The notes beneath the pieces are model-generated. The model did no database searches. It saw only the letters and a program-made list of their open reading frames with translations, and was not told the DNA's origin. A stretch of DNA of 64,000 nt, from positions 149,313 through 213,312 of the forward strand of contig CBDCJE010000001.1 of NCBI GenBank assembly GCA_965217735.1. Reading direction: 5' to 3'. The DNA comes from Chthoniobacterales bacterium (lineage in GTDB: Bacteria > Verrucomicrobiota > Verrucomicrobiia > Chthoniobacterales > UBA10450). This document shows positions 54,108 through 64,000 of this stretch, piece by piece (positions within the stretch are counted from its first letter, which is position 1; each line of letters opens with the position of its first letter). The position numbers and the translations under genes are program-made.

Positions 54108-54866
54108 ATGGGAGTTATGCAATGGACAGGATGGATCTTGGGGTTGCTCCTTTGCGGGTGGGGCAGTGGGTGCGCGAGCTTGCCTAACCAGAAATCGGCT
54201 GATTTCACCGCAGGGCGGCGTTCCTTCCGCAGCGGCGGCGAGAAGATCCTGGTCGATGTCTACACGCCAAAGGCCGCGGGCCGCCATTCGCCCGTCCTGG
54301 TGCTGCATGGCGCGGGCGGGATGCTCTTCGATGGACCGGAGATGACGCGAGTGGCGCAGGCTTTGGCAGCGGCTGGGTTCGAGGCCTACCAAGTTCATTA
54401 TTTCGATCGCACTCACACCTGGTTTGCGCGCCAGGCGGTCTTGCTAAAACTTTTTCCAACTTGGCGTGAGACGGTGCACGATGCGGTCGGATGGGTGCGC
54501 GCGCAGCAGCCAGAGGCGAAGGCGGTGGGAATTTTTGGCTATTCGTTAGGCGCGTTTGCCGCGATCGAGGAAGCGCGAGTCAATCCGGCCGTCGGCGCAG
54601 TGGTGGAAGAGGCGGGCGGCTTCTGGAATGGCCATCCGGAAGGCCCCACGCGTCACCCCTTGCCGCCGCTGCTGGTCATCCACGGCACGGCGGACACGCG
54701 CGTGCCTCAGCAGAAATACACTCAGCCGTTGCTGGAGTATCTCCGGAGGAACCGGGAGCGATTCGAGAAGCAGTTCTACCCGGGCGAAGGTCATGAGTTC
54801 TCCGCTCCGGCGCGAGCCAGGGTGCGGGCGCAGGCGGTCGATTTTTTCCGGCGCCACCTGCGCTGA
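54108..54866 (+). CDS. Alpha/beta hydrolase (dienelactone hydrolase / peptidase S9-like), probable lipoprotein
   Basis: 252 aa. LLLCGWGSGC signal; nucleophile elbow GYSLGA; VIHGTADTRVP; GEGHEF. Confidence 0.8.
   Translation: MGVMQWTGWILGLLLCGWGSGCASLPNQKSADFTAGRRSFRSGGEKILVDVYTPKAAGRHSPVLVLHGAGGMLFDGPEMTRVAQALAAAGFEAYQVHYFDRTHTWFARQAVLLKLFPTWRETVHDAVGWVRAQQPEAKAVGIFGYSLGAFAAIEEARVNPAVGAVVEEAGGFWNGHPEGPTRHPLPPLLVIHGTADTRVPQQKYTQPLLEYLRRNRERFEKQFYPGEGHEFSAPARARVRAQAVDFFRRHLR
54543..54551 (+). repeat. TCGTTAGGC 9-mer, exact copy
   Basis: In the hydrolase gene, Ser-Leu-Gly of the nucleophile elbow GYSLGA. Confidence 0.95.
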
Positions 54867-54889
54867 TTCGCCTCGAGGCTCGACTCGTT

Positions 54890-57646
54890 TTAGAGGTTGA
54901 AGGCGTCCTCGATGACGCAGGCCTGCTCGCGCTTGTGCAAAGCAAGCGCGCCGACCGCCGGGCTGGCGCTGGCGTTGCGCCCGGCATAAACAATCTCCCT
55001 GCCTAACAATGCCCGCAGACGCGGCTCGATGTAGGTCCAGGCGCCCATGTTTTGCGATTCTTCCTGGCACCAGACGATCTTCTGCGCCTGGGCAAAGGGC
55101 TCGAGCGCGGCGAGCAGTTTCTCTTCCGCCAGCGGGTAGAGCTGCTCCAGCCTAACGATGGCCGCGGTTTCGATTTTTTCCTCGCTGCGGTGGTTGAGCA
55201 GGTCGTAGTAAACCTTGCCCGAGCAGAGGATGACCCGCTCGATCTTCTCCCGCGCGCCCACTTCCGGCCCGGGCAGGATTTCGGAGAAACTGCCTTCCAG
55301 AAAATCCTCCGCCCGTGAAGCAGAGTGCTCGGAACGGAGCAGGCTTTTCGGCGTCATGATGATGAGCGGCTTGATGAAATCCCGTTTCATCTGCCGGCGC
55401 AGGACGTGAAAATATTGCGCCGCGGTGGTGAGATTGCAGACCTGGATATTGTCCTCCGCGCAGGCCTGAAGAAAGCGCTCCAGCCGGCCGCTGGAATGTT
55501 CCGGCCCCTGTCCCTCGTAGCCGTGCGGCAGGAGCAGGACGATGCCGCTCGGGCGCTGCCATTTCGATTCCGCCGAGACGATGAACTGATCGATAATGGT
55601 CTGCGCGCCATTGGCGAAATCGCCAAACTGCGCTTCCCAAAGGCAAAGCATGTTGGGGAAATCGAGCGAGTAACCGTAATCGAACCCGAGCACCGCGGCC
55701 TCGGAGAGCAGGCTGTTATAGATGCAGATGCGGGCCTGGTCGGGCGCGAGATGGAGCAGCGGCAGATACGGTTTGCCGGTTTTCGCGTCGTAAAGAAAAG
55801 CGTGGCGATGGCTGAAGGTGCCGCGCCGGCTGTCCTGCCCCGACAGGCGCACCGGCACGCCCTCGAGCAGGAGCGAGCCAAAGGCCAGCGCCTCGGCAAA
55901 ACCCCAATCGTAGGGCCCGCCGGCTTTGTAGACTTCGCGCTGCCGATCGATTGTGATTCGTTTCACTTTGGGCAGGATGTTGAAATCCTCCGGCACCTTC
56001 GTCAGGCCATCGACGATCTGTTTCAGCGTCTCGGCCGAGATCGCGGTCGGGCGCGTTTGGCTGCTGTATTTTGGTTGAAAGACCGCGGTCGATTCGCGGA
56101 AGCGATCCTTCTGCTCGGCCCGCTCTTTCTCGATCGATTTCACCTCGTCCAGCGTCATTTCGAGGCGGAGTTCAAACTCCGCTTCGAGCGATGCGGCGTC
56201 GTCTTCGCTCAGGACACCGGACCCCAGCAGCTCCTTCTTATAAAGCTGCGCGACGGACGGGCGCTTGGCGATTTTGGCGTAAAGATCGGGCTGAGTGAAA
56301 AGCGGTTCGTCCCCTTCGTTATGCCCGTAGCGCCGGTAGCAATACATGTCGATGACCACGTCGCGGCCAAATTTCTGGCGAAAATCGAGCGCGGTTTCGG
56401 TCACGAATTTTACCGCGATCGGGTCGTCCCCGTTCACGTGGAAGATTGGGACCTCGATCATCTTGGCGATATCGGTCGCATACATGGAGGAGCGGGCGTC
56501 CTCCGGCAAAGTGGTGAAGCCGATCTGATTATTCACCACCACATGGACGGTGCCGCCGGTGCTGTAGCCGTGCAGTTGCGACATGTTGAGCACTTCCGAG
56601 ACAATCCCCTGGCCGGCAAAAGCGGCGTCGCCATGGACGAGGAGCGGGAGCACCTTGCGCCGATGCTCGGTGTCGCCGCGGATGCGCTGACGAGCGCGCG
56701 CGATCCCTTCCACCACCGGATCGACCGCTTCGAGATGGCTCGGGTTGGCCGCGAGGCGCAGCTCCACTTCCGCCCCGCCACTGAGCTTGCGCACGGTGCG
56801 ATAGCCGAGGTGATATTTCACGTCGCCGTCGCCCGCCACCAGCTCGGGGACAAAGTTGGTACTGAATTCGGTGAAGATCACCTTGAGCGATTTCTGCAGG
56901 AAATTGGCCAGCACATTGAGCCGGCCGCGATGGGCCATGCCCATGCAGATTTCCTCGATCCCGTCGCCCGGGCAGCGATGCAGAATAGTGTCGAGAATGA
57001 TCATGAGCGATTCCGCGCCCTGGAGCGAAAACCGCTTCTGCCCGACGTAGCGGGTGTGCAGGAAAACCTCGAACGCTTCCGATTCCAGCAGCACCCGCAG
57101 GAGCGCGATCTCGACCTGGGTAGAGGCCTGGTGTTTGGCCGGACGCGACTCGATTCGGTCGCGCACCCAATTCCGCAGGCGCGGATTCTGGATGTGCTGG
57201 AATTCCGCTCCGATCGAGTCGGCGTAGATTTCCTGCAGGCGCGCGATCATGTCGCGCAGAGTCATCCTTTTTTTATCGAGAAAGAAATTCGACGAGACCT
57301 GGAGATCGAGATCCTTCTCGCTGAAGCCGAGCTCGCGCAGGGTCAGGAGCGGGTTGGTCGGGCGGCGCTCGGCCAACGGATTCACCCGCGCGATGGTGTG
57401 GCCGAGGGTGCGATAGGCGTAAACCAAGCCATCGATCCGGGTCTGGAGCGGGCTTTCGCGCCCGGCAGCCGGAGCGGCCGTGGCGGTGGCGGTGGCGGCG
57501 CCGTTGCGCTGCGGGGTGTTGCCCAGCTCGAAGCCCTCGAAAAAGGCGCGCCAGGTCGCATCGACTGAATCGGGATCGGTCTCCCAGCGACGATAGTTTT
57601 CATCAATCAGATCGAGATTGCCGCGGGTGGCGAAGGAAGGGCGCAT
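54890..57646 (-). CDS. sucA: 2-oxoglutarate dehydrogenase E1 component
   Basis: ORF 54890..57682 trimmed to ATG 57646 (MRPSFATRGNLDLIDENYRRW...). MGMAHRGRLNVL, HGDAAFAGQG, CYRRYGHNEGDEP, LLPHGYEGQGPEHSS. Confidence 0.93.
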   Translation of the reverse strand: MRPSFATRGNLDLIDENYRRWETDPDSVDATWRAFFEGFELGNTPQRNGAATATATAAPAAGRESPLQTRIDGLVYAYRTLGHTIARVNPLAERRPTNPLLTLRELGFSEKDLDLQVSSNFFLDKKRMTLRDMIARLQEIYADSIGAEFQHIQNPRLRNWVRDRIESRPAKHQASTQVEIALLRVLLESEAFEVFLHTRYVGQKRFSLQGAESLMIILDTILHRCPGDGIEEICMGMAHRGRLNVLANFLQKSLKVIFTEFSTNFVPELVAGDGDVKYHLGYRTVRKLSGGAEVELRLAANPSHLEAVDPVVEGIARARQRIRGDTEHRRKVLPLLVHGDAAFAGQGIVSEVLNMSQLHGYSTGGTVHVVVNNQIGFTTLPEDARSSMYATDIAKMIEVPIFHVNGDDPIAVKFVTETALDFRQKFGRDVVIDMYCYRRYGHNEGDEPLFTQPDLYAKIAKRPSVAQLYKKELLGSGVLSEDDAASLEAEFELRLEMTLDEVKSIEKERAEQKDRFRESTAVFQPKYSSQTRPTAISAETLKQIVDGLTKVPEDFNILPKVKRITIDRQREVYKAGGPYDWGFAEALAFGSLLLEGVPVRLSGQDSRRGTFSHRHAFLYDAKTGKPYLPLLHLAPDQARICIYNSLLSEAAVLGFDYGYSLDFPNMLCLWEAQFGDFANGAQTIIDQFIVSAESKWQRPSGIVLLLPHGYEGQGPEHSSGRLERFLQACAEDNIQVCNLTTAAQYFHVLRRQMKRDFIKPLIIMTPKSLLRSEHSASRAEDFLEGSFSEILPGPEVGAREKIERVILCSGKVYYDLLNHRSEEKIETAAIVRLEQLYPLAEEKLLAALEPFAQAQKIVWCQEESQNMGAWTYIEPRLRALLGREIVYAGRNASASPAVGALALHKREQACVIEDAFNL
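55150..55158 (-). repeat. TCGTTAGGC 9-mer, exact copy (GCCTAACGA on +)
   Basis: In sucA (minus), read as ATC GTT AGG CTG = Ile-Val-Arg-Leu. Confidence 0.95.
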
Positions 57647-57727
57647 GCTGGGGTACTCTGGCGGCGTTTGCCCGGGCGGCAAGTTGACACTGCAAAGTCA
57701 GCTTCCGATGTTCGGCTTTCCAAGCGC

Positions 57728-58990
57728 ATGACGAGAGGAAGAAGCATTCACCGTTGTCAACGCTTCGCTGGGCGAAGCGCGGGTATCGATGTCGCGGCTC
57801 CAACCAGTCGGGAGCCCGCTCCCGCGCCGCCCAGACGGCGGCATCTACAGGTCTTCGCCTTCCTCGCCATGGCCTCGACCGCGTTGGCCCAGAGTCCTCC
57901 TACCTCCAGTGCAACACCCGATCCAGTCTCGGAGCCGGCCGTGCTCGCGGTGGCGAAGGTTCTGCCTGCCGTGGTCAGCATCAATACCGAGCGCATCGTG
58001 CGGCGGCAGGTGCGCGATCCATTCGATGATTTTGCCGCGCAATTTTTCGGCGTTTATCGCAACCGGCCGCGCGAGATTCGCCAGACGCAGCAAAGCCTCG
58101 GCTCCGGTTTCCTGGTCGATCCCGCCGGTTACATCGTGACCAATGAACACGTGGTCGAACGCGCGGCCGATCTCAAGATCGAGGTCATCACCAACGACAA
58201 CAAGAGCTATAAGGCACGCTACATCACCGGCGATCCGAAGAAAGATCTGGCCTTGATCAAGATCGAAAGCGAGAAGCCACTTCCCTTCGTCAACCTGCAC
58301 GACATCTCGCCGAATTTGTTAGGCCAGACCGTCATCGTGGTCGGCAACGCGCTCGGCTACGGCAGCTCGATCAGCCGCGGCGTGCTCAGCGCGGTCAAAC
58401 GCGAGATCACGATTAACCAGATGGATTATCACGACCTCCTCCAGACCGATGCCGCGATTAATCCGGGCAACAGCGGCGGCCCGCTGATCGATCTGGCCGG
58501 CCGCCTGGTCGGGGTCAGCTCGGCCAAGATGGCTTTCACCCCACAGGGTATCCCGACCCAGGGTCTCGGCTTCGCCATTCCGGCCGATGTGGTCCGGGAA
58601 ACGGTCGAGCAATTTAAAAAGGTCGCCGATAAACAACCGCCGCCACGTCCCGGAGCTTCCGACCAGGAAACCGGTTCTTCCCGCGCCGATCGCATGTTTG
58701 GCCTGCAATTGCAGGATCTGACTAACGACCTCGCGGCTGCGCTCGGCTATGCCGGCGGGAAAGGCGTTCTGGTCAGCGCAGTCGAACCCGGCAGCCCGGC
58801 CGACCAGGTCGGAATCGAGCGTGGTCTGGTCATTTATCGCATCGGCAAATACGAGGTGAATTCGGTCCAGGACGTGGAGCGTTTGCTGGCCCGGGCCGAG
58901 AGGGGATCGCGGGTCGACGTTGCGGTCGGGATCATCGGCCGGGGCGGGCGCGAGCGCCGGGTTGAGACGGTGAATCTGGTGGCGCGTTAG
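57728..58990 (+). CDS. HtrA/DegP-family serine protease with PDZ domain
   Basis: ORF 57668..58990; ATG 57728 is chosen, and the signal peptide ends ...FLAMASTALAQ. Catalytic triad context TNEHVV, DLALIK, GNSGGPL. C-terminal PDZ. Confidence 0.88.
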   Translation: MTRGRSIHRCQRFAGRSAGIDVAAPTSREPAPAPPRRRHLQVFAFLAMASTALAQSPPTSSATPDPVSEPAVLAVAKVLPAVVSINTERIVRRQVRDPFDDFAAQFFGVYRNRPREIRQTQQSLGSGFLVDPAGYIVTNEHVVERAADLKIEVITNDNKSYKARYITGDPKKDLALIKIESEKPLPFVNLHDISPNLLGQTVIVVGNALGYGSSISRGVLSAVKREITINQMDYHDLLQTDAAINPGNSGGPLIDLAGRLVGVSSAKMAFTPQGIPTQGLGFAIPADVVRETVEQFKKVADKQPPPRPGASDQETGSSRADRMFGLQLQDLTNDLAAALGYAGGKGVLVSAVEPGSPADQVGIERGLVIYRIGKYEVNSVQDVERLLARAERGSRVDVAVGIIGRGGRERRVETVNLVAR

Positions 58991-59055
58991 AATTTTTTTC
59001 GGAAAAATTAGCAACGCTTTTCGCGTTGATGATGTCAGTTAAAACTCACCGCAGC

Positions 59056-59991
<936 letters not shown>

Positions 59992-60013
59992 GACAATGAG
60001 CAACGACATGGCT

Positions 60014-60127
60014 GTCATCCCGGGCCGGCGCAGCGCGGCGAGGGACCTCGCCAGCGGCGGTGCAGTGTGCGCCTGTCCTGGAATACGAAACGCCGGCTAT
60101 GAGATTCCTCAATTCGCTCCGGATGAC
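60014..60127. repeat. Intergenic inverted pair of GTCATCC...GAGGRAYCTC repeat units (REP/MITE-like)
   Basis: Forward unit GTCATCCCGGGCCGGCGCAGCGCGGCGAGGGACCTC at 60014-60049. Reverse unit at 60101-60127 (rc GTCATCCGGAGCGAATTGAGGAATCTC). Lies between the ABC ATPase and permease genes. Confidence 0.5.
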
Positions 60128-60154
60128 AGGCCTTAGAACGGCAGTAGAAAACCG

Positions 60155-60910
60155 ATGAGTAAATTCTTCACCCTGCTTTCACGCGAGATAAAGAGCTACT
60201 TCTACTCGCCCATCGCTTACATCGTTCTCGTTTTTTTCCTCATCGTCAGCGGAGTCGATTTTTATTTCCAAGTCTCCTTCATGAACCAGCGGGCCGTGCC
60301 TTACTCGGTCCAGGAAGCGTTTCTTAACTCGGTCTTTTTCTGGTTCGCTTTCGTTCTCATTTTCCCGCTGATCACGATGCGGCTCTTTGCGGAGGAGTTT
60401 AAGCTCGGCACGATCGAACCGCTCATGACTGCGCCGGTGCGGGACTGGCAGGTGGTGCTTTCAAAATACTTTGGCGCCCTTTTTTTCTACATCGTCCTCT
60501 GGCTTCCGACCGGACTTTACTTCGTCATCTTTCAGACGCTCACTCACCAGCCCGCGGCTAACTCGGTCGGGTCTTACTTCGGCGGCTATCTCATGCTCCT
60601 GCTGCTCGGGATGTTCTATCTCTCGATCGGTTGTTTCGCTTCGGTCCTGACCAAGAACCAAATCGTGGCCGCGATCATTTCCTTTGCCGCCATCACCCTG
60701 CTGTTCTTTCTCGGGCTGGTTTCATTCATCCTGCTCGATATCAGCTCGGAGACACGACAGTTACTCGGCTATTTCTCGGCCATCGAACAAATGGGCACTC
60801 TCTCCCGGGGCGCGATCGATACCCGGCCAATGGTTCTCTATCTCAGTATGACGATCGTGATGCTGACTTTTACCTATCAAGCCTTTCAATCGCGGAAATG
60901 GAGGCTCTAA
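60155..60910 (+). CDS. ABC-2 type transporter permease (GldF-like)
   Basis: 251 aa, six hydrophobic helices. N-terminus REIKSYFYSPIAYIVLVFFL is typical of GldF-like permeases. Confidence 0.8.
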   Translation: MSKFFTLLSREIKSYFYSPIAYIVLVFFLIVSGVDFYFQVSFMNQRAVPYSVQEAFLNSVFFWFAFVLIFPLITMRLFAEEFKLGTIEPLMTAPVRDWQVVLSKYFGALFFYIVLWLPTGLYFVIFQTLTHQPAANSVGSYFGGYLMLLLLGMFYLSIGCFASVLTKNQIVAAIISFAAITLLFFLGLVSFILLDISSETRQLLGYFSAIEQMGTLSRGAIDTRPMVLYLSMTIVMLTFTYQAFQSRKWRL

Positions 60911-60913
60911 CTC

Positions 60914-62410
60914 ATGGCTGAAGAGACCACTCCCGCGACCAAGCCAAAGAAGATTCACCGATTCCAGATCGGCCTGAACGTCCTGGTCCAGGTCGCGATC
61001 GTCATCGTCCTGGCCGCGATGGTGAACTATCTCGGCTTTGAGCATTACAAGCGGTGGGACCTTTCGCGGGATAAGAAGTATCAGCTCTCGGACAAGACAA
61101 AGCATTTCCTCGACAGCATCAAGGGTAAGGTGCGGATTACTGTTTTCTTCGGCTCGCAAAATCCGATCACGGGCGACGTGCAAAATCTGCTGACCGAGTA
61201 TCAATACGCTTCGCACGGAAAGATCGACGTCGAATATGTCGATCCGGAACGCAACCTCACGAGGGCGAAGGAACTCTTCGATAAGTATAAGGTGGTCACG
61301 GATGAGAGTGTGCTCATCGTTGATTACGAAGGGCGAAGTAAGACGGTCAAAGCCTCGGAGATGGCCGAGATGGATCAGGGAAATCCGCTCTCCGGCGAAG
61401 GTCCCAAGGTCACCGCCTTTAAGGGTGAACAGGCCATCACCAGCGCGCTGATCGACGTGGTGGAAGGGAAGAAAAACACCGTTGGCTACATCATTGGACA
61501 CAAGGAACCCGCGCTCAGCGGCGAAAGCCCGATCTCGATCCTGAAGACCTTTATTGAGAACGAAAACGTCAAGTTCCAGGAGCTGAATCTGTTCGAAGTG
61601 CCAGCCATTCCGGCCAACATCAAGGTGGTCATGATCGCCGGCCCGCAGTACGACTTCTCCGATCGGGAGATGAAGATGCTGCGCGATTTCTGGAACAAGG
61701 ACGGGCGCATTCTGCTCCTGGTCGATCCGGCGGCGAAGACGCCGAAACTGCTTGGCTTCCTGAACGAGCTCGGGGTAAAAGTGGATGACGATCGGCTCAT
61801 GGCGATGGTTAAAACCGGGATCGAGGAAGTGGCCCGGGTGCGCGATGTGGTGGCCCATTTTCTGCCCGATATTCCGGTCACGACACGCCTCGCCGGCGTG
61901 CAGGCGCCGTTCTTCGGCTCGACCAGCACGCTCACTCTCGATTCGCAGGGCGTGGCCGCGGCTAACATTCATCTCAGCCCGCTGGCCGAAGCCGAAAAGG
62001 GCTACTGGGGCGAACGCGATTATAACTCAGAGGACGAAGCGCTGCTCCAGTTCGACCCGAGCAAGGATAAGGGCGATCCCCTCATCATCGCGGCCGCGGT
62101 CGAGAAAGGCGGCAGCGCCGACGCGCGCGTCCAGATCAACTCCGCCCGCCTGGTGGTGATCTCGAATTCCACCTTCATCCATGACAACGCGCTGACCCAG
62201 GGCCAGCAGGGACTCGACCTTATTTCGGCCAGCATTAATTGGCTGCTCAGCCGCGAACAATTGATTGGAATCGCGCCCAAGATTCCGCAAACGCTCACTT
62301 TCACCTTGAGCGAGCAGGCGCTGCGCAGCCTGCGCTGGATCGTCCTCGTCCTCATGCCGCTGGTCCCGGCGGTTCTTGGGCTCTTCGTTTGGTGGCGGCG
62401 CCGCGCCTAA
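60914..62410 (+). CDS. GldG-like auxiliary component of ABC-type transport system
   Basis: 498 aa. N- and C-terminal TM anchors flank a large soluble domain. Position directly after the GldA/GldF-like genes. Confidence 0.72.
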   Translation: MAEETTPATKPKKIHRFQIGLNVLVQVAIVIVLAAMVNYLGFEHYKRWDLSRDKKYQLSDKTKHFLDSIKGKVRITVFFGSQNPITGDVQNLLTEYQYASHGKIDVEYVDPERNLTRAKELFDKYKVVTDESVLIVDYEGRSKTVKASEMAEMDQGNPLSGEGPKVTAFKGEQAITSALIDVVEGKKNTVGYIIGHKEPALSGESPISILKTFIENENVKFQELNLFEVPAIPANIKVVMIAGPQYDFSDREMKMLRDFWNKDGRILLLVDPAAKTPKLLGFLNELGVKVDDDRLMAMVKTGIEEVARVRDVVAHFLPDIPVTTRLAGVQAPFFGSTSTLTLDSQGVAAANIHLSPLAEAEKGYWGERDYNSEDEALLQFDPSKDKGDPLIIAAAVEKGGSADARVQINSARLVVISNSTFIHDNALTQGQQGLDLISASINWLLSREQLIGIAPKIPQTLTFTLSEQALRSLRWIVLVLMPLVPAVLGLFVWWRRRA

Positions 62411-62413
62411 CGA
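62405..62413 (-). repeat. TCGTTAGGC 9-mer, exact copy (GCCTAACGA on +)
   Basis: Supplies the TAA stop of the GldG-like gene, 7 nt before the next ATG. Confidence 0.95.
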
Positions 62414-62419
62414 ATCCGC

Positions 62420-64000
62420 ATGAAGACACGGACCACGCTCATCCTTCTCCTCTTGGCCATCGCCCTCGGGGTCTGGATCAAGTTTGTCGAAAGCAAGAAG
62501 CCAAATACGGTTGAGGCCCGGCGACAGTCCGGAAACGTGGTTAATTTCGATCGCGAAAAGCTGACCGGGATCGTGATTCAAAACGGCGACGACCGGATCG
62601 AGCTGCAACGCGAGGAAGGGAAATGGCGCCTGACCCAGCCGGTGAAGGACCAGGCCGACAGCGGGGCAGTGGACAACCTGATCAGCGACATCGAAAGCTG
62701 GCACAAGGAAGGCGAAATCCCGGCCAATCAGGTCACGGCCGATAAAGCCCGGATGAAAGAATTTGGCCTGCTGCAACCGAAGCTTCGCCTTCGCCTGGTC
62801 GCGCCCGACGCGCCGCCGGAGATCTTCTTCGGCAAGGACACGGCTTTCGAAGGGCAGATGTATGTGCGCTTTGCTAATTCCAACGATGTCCTGATCGCGA
62901 CCCAGAATGTGCGCAACGACCTCTCGAAAAAGCCGGATGATTTCCGCGATCGCAAGCTGACTGACCTAACGACCGCGCAAGTGACCCGGGTGGTGGTGAA
63001 AAGTCCGGCGGGCGAGATCGAGCTGGCGAAGCGAAATGAGCACTGGGAAATCGTGAAACCGCTCCAGGCGCGTGGCGACGACCAGAAGATTTTCGATCTC
63101 CTCGCCCAGGTGACAAACGCGCGCATCCAGGAATTCATCGGCGAAGACAAAGGCGACCTGCACGCCTACGGCCTCTCCGAGCCGCGCGGCTCCATCACCG
63201 TCTACGGCGCCGACGACAAGACCGGCCACACTCTGCAGATCGGGAGCGCGGCGGAGAAGATCAAAGACGCGGTCTACGCCCGCTATCAGCCGCGCAGCGC
63301 GGTTTACGCCCTGCCGAAGAAAATTGAGGACCTGCTCACGACCAAGCCTAACGATCTCCGCGATCGCCATCTGGTGCGGCTGGATCTGAACAATCTCGAC
63401 CGGATCCACCTCGAGGCGGCCGGCCAGCCCAAGATTGTTCTCGCGCGCAAGGATCAGAGCTGGACCATCGCCAGCCGCAATAACGAACCGGCCAACAGCG
63501 ACGAAGTGCGCCGGTTACTCGAGACCCTGAACGAAGAGCAGGTGAGCAAGTTCGTCGCTGATACCGCCACCGATCTGCCCAAGTACGGCCTCGACCAGCC
63601 GCAATTGCAATTGATGTTCAGCTCCTTCGCCTCCGAAAACACGGCCGAGACGGGCGCGGGCGAGCATCCCTTTCTCACTCTCTCCTTTGGCAAGACCGAG
63701 GGCGACGAAGTCTACGCCCGGGTCGGTGAGGAACCATTCATCGTCGCGGTGAAAAAGAGCCTGCTGGGCAAGATCTGGACCGATCCGCTGCAATGGCAGG
63801 CCCTGCCGATCTTCAAGTTGAAGCCGAACGAGATCCATCGCGTCTCGCGCGTGACCGAGCGGGAGGAATCGCTCGAGCGCAACGGGAAGAAGGATTGGAA
63901 ATGGATCAAAGGCGAAGGTGCCATCGATACCAACGATGTTGAATCGCTCCTCAACACCCTCGCCTCCCTTCGCGCCGTGCGCTGGGTGGGCACGACCAAA
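62420..64000 (+). CDS. DUF4340-domain protein, 3'-truncated by the window edge
   Basis: Own translation from ATG 62420: MKTRTTLILLLLAIALGVWIKFVESKKPNT... Open for 527 codons to base 64000 (no stop, so not in the ORF track). Repeated W..l.P....ad...v..ll pattern. Usual partner of GldG-like genes. Confidence 0.65.
   Translation, partial: MKTRTTLILLLLAIALGVWIKFVESKKPNTVEARRQSGNVVNFDREKLTGIVIQNGDDRIELQREEGKWRLTQPVKDQADSGAVDNLISDIESWHKEGEIPANQVTADKARMKEFGLLQPKLRLRLVAPDAPPEIFFGKDTAFEGQMYVRFANSNDVLIATQNVRNDLSKKPDDFRDRKLTDLTTAQVTRVVVKSPAGEIELAKRNEHWEIVKPLQARGDDQKIFDLLAQVTNARIQEFIGEDKGDLHAYGLSEPRGSITVYGADDKTGHTLQIGSAAEKIKDAVYARYQPRSAVYALPKKIEDLLTTKPNDLRDRHLVRLDLNNLDRIHLEAAGQPKIVLARKDQSWTIASRNNEPANSDEVRRLLETLNEEQVSKFVADTATDLPKYGLDQPQLQLMFSSFASENTAETGAGEHPFLTLSFGKTEGDEVYARVGEEPFIVAVKKSLLGKIWTDPLQWQALPIFKLKPNEIHRVSRVTEREESLERNGKKDWKWIKGEGAIDTNDVESLLNTLASLRAVRWVGTTK
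63346..63354 (-). repeat. TCGTTAGGC 9-mer, exact copy (GCCTAACGA on +)
   Basis: In the DUF4340 gene, Pro-Asn-Asp. Confidence 0.95.

Noticed and set aside
53535-54416. 293-aa minus-strand ORF spanning the pilin-like gene and the start of the hydrolase gene.
   Set aside because: It overlaps two plus-strand genes that have clear signatures (a prepilin leader; the GYSLGA hydrolase). Its own sequence is low-complexity with no motif.
58991-59028. AT-rich palindrome AATTTTTTTCGGAAAAATT plus the small hairpin CAACGC-TTTTC-GCGTTG after htrA, considered as a terminator.
   Set aside because: The stems are short or AT-only, and no T-tract follows the GC hairpin. The hairpin also overlaps possible start codons of the ABC ATPase gene. 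The evidence is too weak to call.
60155-60910. Lower GC (about 45-50% in hand-counted lines) of the GldF-like permease gene, considered as a sign of foreign origin.
   Set aside because: Third codon positions are still G/C-rich (ttc, ctg, atc, gtc, tac). The low GC reflects the Phe/Ile/Leu/Tyr-rich membrane protein composition, unlike the NHL-propeller region.

Overview
This is a high-GC window (about 60-65% GC by eye; hand-counted 60-nt lines give ~65%). It is densely coding, with about 60 protein genes on both strands. I recognised no rRNA, tRNA, CRISPR array, transposase, integrase or prophage genes.

Gene content is mostly housekeeping:
- Central metabolism: accA; sucB-lpdA, with sucA 45 kb away; gap-pgk-tpiA; kbl; aguA; a YbdK-type ligase; treY.
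- A serine/glycerate module: aminotransferase, 2-hydroxyacid dehydrogenase, glycerate kinase.
- Translation and regulation: efp, argS, ptsN.
- Envelope and export: PBP1A; kdsD; HtrA; a GldA/F/G-type ABC operon with a DUF4340 gene; GT4; an ArnC-like GT2, ArnT-like GT39 and PAP2 operon; LysM, 3D-domain and LolA-like proteins.
- Others: a class II Fic protein, a DExH helicase, and a small stress-protein cluster.

The prepilin-like gene, the GldG/DUF4340 operon and the intergenic repeat types suggest a PVC/Verrucomicrobia-type soil bacterium. That is inference only.

The most unusual signal is not a gene. The 9-mer TCGTTAGGC (= GCCTAACGA) occurs 31 times exactly and at least 24 more times with one mismatch. 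It lies on both strands, in every reading frame that avoids an internal stop, and four times supplies a real TAA stop codon. A zero-order estimate expects about 0.5 copies. This behaves like a DNA-uptake-sequence-type genomic signal, and I know of none described with this sequence.

Other points:
- A four-helix-bundle (23S-IVS-protein family) gene flanked by 27-bp inverted repeats sits inside the gap-pgk-tpiA operon.
- A frameshifted NHL-propeller gene has atypical codon usage and lies next to a decayed gene fragment.
- An unnamed ~125-aa C-terminal module is shared by two secreted proteins.
- Three families of intergenic palindromic elements are present.

All functions are assigned from motifs I recognise in the supplied translations. 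No database search or statistics program was run.
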